Below, piece after piece: positions 1-6,927 of a stretch of DNA of 64,000 bases. Source of the stretch: an uncultured Gammaproteobacteria bacterium (lineage in GTDB: Bacteria > Patescibacteriota > Patescibacteriia > Magasanikbacterales > UBA922). The stretch is from contig CAZKAD010000003.1 of assembly GCA_964550845.1 (NCBI GenBank), positions 447 to 64,446 of the forward strand. The letters are read 5' to 3'. Every line of letters begins with the position of its first letter. Position 1 is the stretch's first letter. Position numbers and translations under genes: made by a program. A model generated the notes under the pieces. That model had not been told where the DNA came from. It ran no database searches and saw only the letters and a program-made list of their open reading frames with translations.

Positions 1-52
1 AGTATGTCCAGATGGCTAAAGGAAAGAATTGTCCATCCAAAGAAAAATTCGA

Positions 53-1699
53 ATGCGGAAGCAAGAAGAGTTGGAATTTGAGCTTGTTCGACTCCCACAC
101 AGGCGGAAAATAGAACCCCCCTTGTTCCCAAAAATGCCACAACTCTATCTTGATCTGCTTGGAAACACGAAGAAGATGAAGAAAGATTATGTACATTCTG
201 GTAAGGAATTTGTTCCAAACTATGATAAAGCTCCCTTCCCCAACTATTTTCAAAGTTCTAATTTTGATTATCAACCTGCCAAACGAGAAATTGACGACAG
301 TAATTTTAATATTGACGATAAGGATGAACAAGAAAAGAATGACCATAGCCAAACCGAAAAGTCTAATGACCGCGAAGATAAAAAGCAAAATAGTAATATT
401 CATGACATTTTTCAAAAAGCAAGAGATCGTCACCGAGACAAAGATCGGGAAGGAGATCTGGAAGGAGATAAAGACCGACATCGGGACTCGAGAGACAAAG
501 ATCGAGACTCGAGAGATCGGCATCGAGACAAAGATCGAGAAAGAGATAAAGACCGACATCGAGACTCGAGAGATCGGCATCGAGACAAAGATCGAGACTC
601 GAGAGATCGGCATCGAGAAAGAGATAAAGACCGACATCGAGACAAAGATCGAGACTCGAGAGATCGGCATCGAGACAAAGATCGAGACTCGAGAGAAAAA
701 GACAGACATCGAGATTCAAGAGACCGTCATCGAGATTCAAGAGATTCAAGAGACCGACATCGAGATTCAAGAGACGGAGATGATTCGGATAGAAACGAAC
801 ACGGCGACCCTCTTACGGATTTTCTTCAAGGAACAAGACACATTCGCCACACAAAGGACGCGAGAACACATGTTTCAACTGTCTCCTCAAAGCCGGCTAA
901 CAGAATGCCTCCTTCTCTCACAGAAATCGAAGAGGGTGGAGCTTTTAGTGGAGGTATTCGCAATTTGAATTATGTCTCGAAACAAACCCTTGAAGAGGAA
1001 GCGAAACTTCGAGAATATTTGTTCAAATGGGAATTGATTCGTAATGCGAACAAAGATAAAGCCGCCGAACTTCCTAAGTTTACCATACACAATAAATTGG
1101 ATCAAGTTGTATCTGCTTATGATGACTGGAATCGAAAGACGCAAATTCCTATCGTGATTAATCGCTATCGAAAGTGGCTAATTGGAAGTTTCCATGCTAT
1201 TCAATGGCTTGCCCCTACAATAGGTCTTGATATGTCAGGATTTGTTGAACAACAAAAAGAAGAAATGGACGAATATGAAAAATTGTTGATTGAACTTGGT
1301 GAAAAATCTTGGATGCCTAAATCGAGTTGGCCAGTAGAACTACGTATTGTTCTTGCTGTACTCGGTTCGGCTCTTTCGTTTGCTGCCCAGAAATTGGTAA
1401 TTGATACTATTATGGGTGGAGAATCCAAGTCCGGACAACCCGGACAGCCAATAACTCCTCCAAAACCTCAAAATATTTCAAAACCTATGCCCAAACCTTC
1501 AATTAAGCTTGCAGACTTGCCTGGAGCAAAGAAACAAGAAGAGAAAAAACCTTTAGCGATACCCGAAAAGGCGGCTCTAAATACTCAAAATACTCCGAGC
1601 ACTTCGACCACTCAAAATGGAAAGAATAATTCGCCTCCACTCGAAGAAAAGAAATCTGAGCCAGATAAAAAGCCGGTCATTCCAGTTAAACGTTCCTAA
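53..1699 (+). CDS. RD/RH dipeptide-repeat protein (approx. 120 aa of RDRHRDKDRDS-type repeats) with a C-terminal globular region and a Pro/Lys-rich tail
   Basis: Long ORF. The listed start at 29 is a TTG; the first ATG is at 53, preceded by an in-frame stop at 17-19. The periodic charged repeat and the non-repetitive C-terminal half look protein-like. Confidence 0.6.
   Translation: MRKQEELEFELVRLPHRRKIEPPLFPKMPQLYLDLLGNTKKMKKDYVHSGKEFVPNYDKAPFPNYFQSSNFDYQPAKREIDDSNFNIDDKDEQEKNDHSQTEKSNDREDKKQNSNIHDIFQKARDRHRDKDREGDLEGDKDRHRDSRDKDRDSRDRHRDKDRERDKDRHRDSRDRHRDKDRDSRDRHRERDKDRHRDKDRDSRDRHRDKDRDSREKDRHRDSRDRHRDSRDSRDRHRDSRDGDDSDRNEHGDPLTDFLQGTRHIRHTKDARTHVSTVSSKPANRMPPSLTEIEEGGAFSGGIRNLNYVSKQTLEEEAKLREYLFKWELIRNANKDKAAELPKFTIHNKLDQVVSAYDDWNRKTQIPIVINRYRKWLIGSFHAIQWLAPTIGLDMSGFVEQQKEEMDEYEKLLIELGEKSWMPKSSWPVELRIVLAVLGSALSFAAQKLVIDTIMGGESKSGQPGQPITPPKPQNISKPMPKPSIKLADLPGAKKQEEKKPLAIPEKAALNTQNTPSTSTTQNGKNNSPPLEEKKSEPDKKPVIPVKRS
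430..780. repeat. Coding tandem repeat array with an approx. 33-nt unit (cgagacaaagatcgagactcgagagatcggcat and variants) that encodes the RD/RH repeats
   Basis: Direct reading of near-identical units. The antisense and alternate-frame ORFs at 189..968, 363..770 and 430..678 are artefacts of this periodicity. Confidence 0.85.
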
Positions 1700-1740
1700 T
1701 GGGCTGGTCGAAATAAAATAAAATTTTCTTCTTTTTTGAA

Positions 1741-2277
1741 ATGGGATCATCGACAAAGAAACGACAGAGTAAAAACACGGAGAGGAAGTCGAGACGAAAA
1801 CGGACTTCAGGCCGAAAAAAGAAAAGTAAGCTTCGAAGTCCTTCACATCGAAAAAGGACAAAGAGCAAGCTTCGAAGTCCTTCACATCGAAAAAGGACAA
1901 AGAGCAAGCTTCGAAGTCCTTCACATCGAAAAAGGTCTTCGTATGGAAAAGCATTTGCAATAGTTAAGTTCGAACTATTCGACGAAAGTACTCAGCTCAA
2001 ATATCCTCCACAAGGAGATGAAATTCGAAAGTGGTACGATCAATTATTTGCTAAAATATCACCAATGTACAATGATTTGAACAAGGATGTTTATCTCCTC
2101 TCGAAAAGATGGCTAAGTGATGCTGAACTGAAGCTAACTTTTGTCACATCACTGAAAGATCAATCAGAAGTTGATACATTACTTGAACTTTTAACGGATC
2201 TTGATGATGACGGAAATTATCCAATTCGGGGAATGTTAGTCATACCAAAGGTCTTATCAATTGAATATTCATTTTGA
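1741..2277 (+). CDS. Basic repeat protein (KSKLRSPSHRKRT x3 at the N-terminus) with a C-terminal globular domain; possible DNA-binding or core protein
   Basis: ORF with a 39-nt triple repeat (1830..1935) that encodes Lys/Arg/Ser-Pro motifs. The C-terminal 100 aa are non-repetitive. Confidence 0.55.
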   Translation: MGSSTKKRQSKNTERKSRRKRTSGRKKKSKLRSPSHRKRTKSKLRSPSHRKRTKSKLRSPSHRKRSSYGKAFAIVKFELFDESTQLKYPPQGDEIRKWYDQLFAKISPMYNDLNKDVYLLSKRWLSDAELKLTFVTSLKDQSEVDTLLELLTDLDDDGNYPIRGMLVIPKVLSIEYSF

Positions 2278-2310
2278 AAAAATTTTTTCTTCTCTTCCAA
2301 AACAAAACGA

Positions 2311-2586
2311 ATGGCGAAATCAAAATCGAGATCGCGGCGATCAAAATCGCGACGATCGAAGAGTAAATCTCGATCAAAGCGATCAAAGAAGTATTCTTGC
2401 AAACGTGTCAAGCCAAAGAAGCGAAGCAAGTCGAAGAAATCGAAGCGAGCAAAGAAATCAAAGAAGGAGAAGGTTGAATCAACTCAGTCTCATTCTTTGT
2501 TGGCTAGATTGTCACGCACGAGTGCGAGCGCTGCACCTGCAGACGCGCCAATTGAATGGAAAGCAGGAGTAAATTGGGTAAAGTAA
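2311..2586 (+). CDS. Protamine-like, highly basic SR/KS/KR-rich small protein
   Basis: 91 aa, more than 60% K/R/S (SKSRSRRSKSRRSKSKSRSKRSKK...). The context among other basic proteins supports a real gene rather than a frame artefact. Confidence 0.5.
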   Translation: MAKSKSRSRRSKSRRSKSKSRSKRSKKYSCKRVKPKKRSKSKKSKRAKKSKKEKVESTQSHSLLARLSRTSASAAPADAPIEWKAGVNWVK

Positions 2587-2594
2587 AAAATTGA
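2587..2594 (+). promoter_or_regulatory. AAAATTGA octamer (Mimiviridae-type early promoter) upstream of the Skp1-like gene
   Basis: Exact octamer 66 nt upstream of the ATG at 2660. It is immediately followed by a perfect hairpin, ATCTGGGgtttCCCAGAT (2601..2618), after the stop of the preceding gene. Confidence 0.5.
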
Positions 2595-2659
2595 TTTTTT
2601 ATCTGGGGTTTCCCAGATAAAAATAACAAAATAACATAAATCTTAATCTCACAATCGAA

Positions 2660-3277
2660 ATGTCTACTGAAGAACAAAAGATCGAAACGTCTACTAACGA
2701 ACAAAAGATGGAAATTGAAGGACTTGATGCTGGAGTACAAGATGATTTCATCAAATTGAATTGTCGGGATAAAGTAATCGTTTCTGTGCATAGAAGAGCC
2801 TGTAGACTGTCTTCCTTGTTTCGAGGTTTACTCGAAACTCAGCCATGTGCGCCCGAGCATGAGGTTAAACAGATCGACTCTCATATCATGAAGCTAATTG
2901 TTGAATATCTTGAACATTATCGATACGAAGAACCGAAGATTCTGGAACCTCCATTGAAGACTCCTGATCTAAAGGATCACGCCTCGGAATGGGATTGCAA
3001 GTTTGTTGCATACGACACCCCCGAACAGATGGGAACTTTTCTGACGCTGCTCAATGCGGCAAATTTCTTGGAAATTATTTCGCTGAGAAATCTTTGCTGT
3101 GCAAAGTTCGCCACATTTCTCAAAACTAAAAATGTTGATGCATTGAAGGCATTGTTTAATGTGAAAGCCACGTTGACTCCCAAAGAAGAAAACGAAATTC
3201 GAAAGAAGTACCCCGAATACTTTGCTTGGTTGAAGTCTTCGCAAGAGACAAAAACCGAGAGTAAAGTTGACGAATAG
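2660..3277 (+). CDS. Skp1 homolog (adaptor subunit of SCF ubiquitin ligases)
   Basis: Aligns with Skp1 along its length. The N-terminal BTB/POZ-like part is ...KLNCRDKVIVSVHRRACRLSSLFRGLLE... The C-terminal F-box-binding part is EWDCKFVAYDTPEQMGTFLTLLNAANFLEIISLRNLCCAKFATFLKTKNVDALKALFNVKATLTPKEENEIRKKYPEYFAW, compared with Skp1 [54 protein letters not shown]...EEEAQVRKENQW. The true start may be Met17 (2708). Confidence 0.8.
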   Translation: MSTEEQKIETSTNEQKMEIEGLDAGVQDDFIKLNCRDKVIVSVHRRACRLSSLFRGLLETQPCAPEHEVKQIDSHIMKLIVEYLEHYRYEEPKILEPPLKTPDLKDHASEWDCKFVAYDTPEQMGTFLTLLNAANFLEIISLRNLCCAKFATFLKTKNVDALKALFNVKATLTPKEENEIRKKYPEYFAWLKSSQETKTESKVDE

Positions 3278-3392
3278 CCGAACTCATTGATGTGTGTAAA
3301 TTCGATAATAAAATGATTTTAATTCTTCTCGAAGAACTAAAAATAATACGTACTACTTACTTAAAATAATCTTCAGATGAGAAAGTAAAGTT

Positions 3393-3806
3393 ATGCTAAC
3401 TTTTATTTTTATTCGAAGGATCAATATGTACCATTTTCTTAAGAATTGTTTTCCTTCGTTGACACGCAAAACATACAATTACACTGTCCGATCTCCAAGC
3501 TTTCAAGGATGGGTGATTGGAAAACATCAAAATATTGATGTCTGTTGCTGTGCCATATTCCGTAAAGGACCAAAAATAAAAATGGGCTTATTTGCGGTGC
3601 TTCCACACTATCAAAACAAAGGTTTTGGGAGAGAAATGTACAAATATCTCTGTAATCAATATCATTCTTTCCAATGGACAACTAACACACAAAAAGCATA
3701 CAATTTTTGGATCAAATGCGGAGCCATATTAATTGATACTTACATTATGGATGGAGTTAAATACCATCTGTTCAAGAACGCGCCAGTCGAAGAAAAAAAG
3801 AAATAA
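3393..3806 (+). CDS. Small GNAT-family acetyltransferase-like protein
   Basis: LPHYQNKGFGREMYKYL resembles GNAT motif A (Q/R-x-x-G-x-G/A). Confidence 0.4.
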   Translation: MLTFIFIRRINMYHFLKNCFPSLTRKTYNYTVRSPSFQGWVIGKHQNIDVCCCAIFRKGPKIKMGLFAVLPHYQNKGFGREMYKYLCNQYHSFQWTTNTQKAYNFWIKCGAILIDTYIMDGVKYHLFKNAPVEEKKK

Positions 3807-3892
3807 TTTCCTTTGGGAAATTATTAATTAAACGTCCTTGAAGGACTTTTAAGCGTCCTCGAGAAGGACTTTTAAACGTTCTCGAAAAGAAC
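3805..3892. terminator. Array of 3'-end hairpins shared by the convergent genes 3393..3806 and 3896..4123
   Basis: AATTTCCtttGGGAAATT overlaps the TAA stop. It is followed by TTAAACGTCCttgaaGGAC, GCGTCCtcgagaaGGAC and ACGTTCtcgaaaaGAAC. Confidence 0.6.
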
Positions 3893-3895
3893 TCT

Positions 3896-4123
3896 TTAAA
3901 AATATTTTTCAACCTTATCCTGCATGCTGTCAGGCACAAAAAGATGGTATCCTCCATAGAGAACTCCTAGAGAACCTCCAATAATCATGACGGTATGAAG
4001 GAAAGTTAGAATATTCATTTGAGTACTGGCAACTTGTTGACCATTTCGGCATTTTCGTTCCGAGTCAAGAGCCAATGAGGCGTAGACAAGAATAAAAGCA
4101 GCGACAATAAAAACTGCAAGCAT
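3896..4123 (-). CDS. Small membrane protein with two predicted TM helices
   Basis: 75-aa ORF with two hydrophobic stretches (AVFIVAAFILVYASLAL; VMIIGGSLGVLYGGY). It is convergent with 3393..3806 and shares the terminator hairpins. Confidence 0.4.
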   Translation of the reverse strand: MLAVFIVAAFILVYASLALDSERKCRNGQQVASTQMNILTFLHTVMIIGGSLGVLYGGYHLFVPDSMQDKVEKYF

Positions 4124-4159
4124 TTTCCTTTGGAAGGAAGAAAAAAGAATTTTCTTTTT

Positions 4160-4687
4160 TCAGGGAATGATTGGCTCCGAGACACAATAGACATACCCGT
4201 TATTGAACAAATTTCCATTGGTGGTGAGAGAAAGGGTTTGCATACTGCCATTCAAAAAGAGAGAAATTTTACGCTGAACGAGTGTAAGCTTAATCTTCGG
4301 ATTTCGTGTTGGTAAAATAACTTGCTGGGAAAATAAGTCATCAGGTCCCCGAACCAAGTCGAAAATATGAGCCCCAATAAACTGTGTTGCTTCGGCTCGA
4401 TCAAGACTAAGCAACATTTTTTGAACATCTTTCGGAAGTGAATCGTCCGGTACAACCAGTAAAGTCACTTTTGCTTTCGGATCATTGAGAAGATCTGGAA
4501 AATGTGTTTTTTCAACAAGAGTTTTGTAGATGGAAAAATTTTTATCTTGAAGAGCACTGTAAATTGTCCCCGGTTGAGGAGTCCAAGCAAGATAAGGATT
4601 TTTTGCAAGTGCTCGATCAAAACGAAGTTCACCTACACTGGGAAACTCTTTCGACCATTCTACGTTATACCCGCTGGTGACTGACAT
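4160..4687 (-). CDS. Fasciclin (FAS1)-like domain protein
   Basis: KVTLLVVPDDSLPKDVQKMLLSLDRAEATQFIGAHIF...NGYVYCVSEPIIP matches the FAS1 pattern TVFAPTNEAF..LP......IL.YHVV...NGVIHVID.VL.P. Confidence 0.45.
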   Translation of the reverse strand: MSVTSGYNVEWSKEFPSVGELRFDRALAKNPYLAWTPQPGTIYSALQDKNFSIYKTLVEKTHFPDLLNDPKAKVTLLVVPDDSLPKDVQKMLLSLDRAEATQFIGAHIFDLVRGPDDLFSQQVILPTRNPKIKLTLVQRKISLFLNGSMQTLSLTTNGNLFNNGYVYCVSEPIIP

Positions 4688-4741
4688 CTTTTACAGAAAA
4701 AGATTTTATTTTTCTACGAATAAAAGTTTGACCCCTTCTAA

Positions 4742-5959
4742 ATGTCTTCTTTTTGGCTTGAGGATCCAACAGAATTGTTCCGAAATTTGGAGCTTCTTCC
4801 AAATCCAGGGAGCAATATCGCGTCAAAGTTGAATGCGCTTACGAGATTGGCAGTTGTAGTCGGACTTGGAATTTATCTTCTTAATAAGGACTCAAAAGAG
4901 TCGAGCTCTCTCTGTATAATCACATTTGGTATTCTTCTTTTGTTCATCGTAATCACTGCTTATTATTCAAAGAGTAAGGAAGGTTTCCGACCTCCTCCGA
5001 TGCCAGTAGTTGAAAAGCCTACGCCAACATATCCTCTATCTTCACCAACCGTCAACCTCTCTGGATTGCAAGCAACCCCATTGTGGTATGATCCAAAATA
5101 CGGAGCTGGACCAAAAGAATATCGAGACCCTCCAGTAATTCCACCAAATCCGGCTGATGCTAAATTTTGGGGAGGATTTCAATCGAGGATTAATGAACCT
5201 CGACCACAAATTATTCACTCGAATGTTGAAAGTGTTCTGTTCAAAAATGAACAACCTTATTCACAGCGAATTAGCCTTCCCTCTCGACAGAGAAAAGGAT
5301 TTAAAATTCTTGGTGGACCTCATCAAGACGAACCTGAAATTCCATTTGTTATTGATGACCAGGGACTAAACCCCCCGAATTACACTCGTATTCGAGGATA
5401 TTCGATGCATGATCCGAGTGTTCCTCCTTATTCGAATCTTGAGCTATTATCACCAAGTCAATCTTTTGTTCCGGGAGCTCAAGTCCCTTCGGGACGGTCT
5501 CAACTTCATGCTTATGATGACTTTGCAAATGTTTGGTCTGCCGGAAACACTGACTTTTTGACCTCTAAGATGGCTATTCATCGTACTCATCCCGCGGTTG
5601 ATACTGGAGAATTCCGTCAAGCTTCCACAATTGGTCTGGCAGATTCAATGTACAATCCAACATTTAAACCGTTTGACCCGGCAAGCACTTATTTTAAGAC
5701 CAGTAATAACCCTTATGACGGTTTGTTCATTGGACGAAGTCTAATTGAACACGTTGATATGCGAGCTCCAAATGGTGAAGTTCTTCCCGGTTATTTGAGA
5801 ATGGGATTTACCAGCGACGACTTTATGGATGAAGCGACAAGTCGTCAAGAAGCAGATGAATTGTACTTTCGAGAAGCAATGGTTGCCGATGTTCGTGCTC
5901 GGATGAATGAGCGAGAGCAAGAATTCCGAATGGCACCTGTAATGAATCATTTCATGTAA
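4742..5959 (+). CDS. Pro-rich membrane protein (hypothetical)
   Basis: 405-aa ORF with N-terminal TM segments (LAVVVGLGIYLL; IITFGILLLFIVITAYY) followed by a long Pro-rich region. Confidence 0.6.
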   Translation: MSSFWLEDPTELFRNLELLPNPGSNIASKLNALTRLAVVVGLGIYLLNKDSKESSSLCIITFGILLLFIVITAYYSKSKEGFRPPPMPVVEKPTPTYPLSSPTVNLSGLQATPLWYDPKYGAGPKEYRDPPVIPPNPADAKFWGGFQSRINEPRPQIIHSNVESVLFKNEQPYSQRISLPSRQRKGFKILGGPHQDEPEIPFVIDDQGLNPPNYTRIRGYSMHDPSVPPYSNLELLSPSQSFVPGAQVPSGRSQLHAYDDFANVWSAGNTDFLTSKMAIHRTHPAVDTGEFRQASTIGLADSMYNPTFKPFDPASTYFKTSNNPYDGLFIGRSLIEHVDMRAPNGEVLPGYLRMGFTSDDFMDEATSRQEADELYFREAMVADVRARMNEREQEFRMAPVMNHFM

Positions 5960-6047
5960 AGTGAGAAGTGTAAAGTCCTAAGTAAAAGAAGCATAAAAAT
6001 TGACTCTTTTCTTCTTTTGAAGGAAGAAAAGATTTAATTAATACCCG

Positions 6048-6782
6048 ATGTCACATTCGCCCCAAAAAGGAAATAATCACTGGTCACCAGAATTTGAACG
6101 ATCTCTCCGAGTCATACATGATTATTGTGCTGGATATAGTTGGATGTATTCGCGAGATATTCAAGTTTACACAAAATATTCTTATTATTTGTCAGGTGCA
6201 ATTTTCTTGGTAAGTACTTTATCAAGTTTACTCAATACAATTCAAACTTCTTTTTCAATTGACGATAAAATTTTTGATGCAATCATCGTGATCGTCTCGT
6301 GGTTAACTGTAACATTTTATACCGCATCATACATTAAAGATTATTCAGCCGTGATTAAAGAATTGAACAATCACAAAGCAGAATATGTCGATTTAGCCAA
6401 TACGATTGATCGGCAACTTCAACTTCCACCCGAAGAAAGAGAAAATGTTGAAGATTTTCATCGATGGATTTCGAGTTATTATCAATTACTTGGAAGATGG
6501 TCAGTCGAAATTCTACCTCGGACAGTAGAACAATATCGCGTTCATGCCCAAAAAGAAAATGTTCCCTTCCCGGACGAATTGATCGATTCCTCGAGTAAGA
6601 GATTGACTCAAAAGGAAAATGAAAAGAAGATTGATTTGTTGATTGACAAAGCACTTGCGAATCAAGAACAGAAAGAAGAAAAGAAAGAAGAAAAGAAAGG
6701 GACCCTTCGTGATAAAGATAAAAAAGTTAACCTTTATCAGATTCAATATGAACTCGAACGACTTCGAGGGCACGCCGATTGA
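6048..6782 (+). CDS. Hypothetical membrane protein with a K/E-rich C-terminus
   Basis: 244-aa ORF with TM segments (GAIFLVSTLSSLL; AIIVIVSWLTVTFY). Confidence 0.55.
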   Translation: MSHSPQKGNNHWSPEFERSLRVIHDYCAGYSWMYSRDIQVYTKYSYYLSGAIFLVSTLSSLLNTIQTSFSIDDKIFDAIIVIVSWLTVTFYTASYIKDYSAVIKELNNHKAEYVDLANTIDRQLQLPPEERENVEDFHRWISSYYQLLGRWSVEILPRTVEQYRVHAQKENVPFPDELIDSSSKRLTQKENEKKIDLLIDKALANQEQKEEKKEEKKGTLRDKDKKVNLYQIQYELERLRGHAD

Positions 6783-6886
6783 CAAAGATTGAAATTTTAA
6801 TCCATTATTTTGAAAGTATAGATAAAATTTGTTTAGTATATATACTAAATAAATTAACTGCCTCAAAGATTGAATATTGATTAAGG

Positions 6887-6894
6887 AAAATTGA
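6887..6894 (+). promoter_or_regulatory. AAAATTGA octamer upstream of the cap-modifying enzyme gene
   Basis: Exact octamer 34 nt upstream of the ATG at 6928. Confidence 0.5.
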
Positions 6895-6927
6895 TCCTTT
6901 TTTTCTTTCAATCGGAAAGGAAAGCGA

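Noticed and set aside
189-968. Overlapping alternate-frame and antisense ORFs (189..968 +, 363..770 -, 430..678 -) across the RD-repeat region
   Set aside because: They are produced by the 33-nt tandem nucleotide repeat and give extreme low-complexity products (ETKIETREIGI..., LDLCLDADLSS..., SRCRSLESRS...). Only the RD/RH frame has a long non-repetitive C-terminal continuation.
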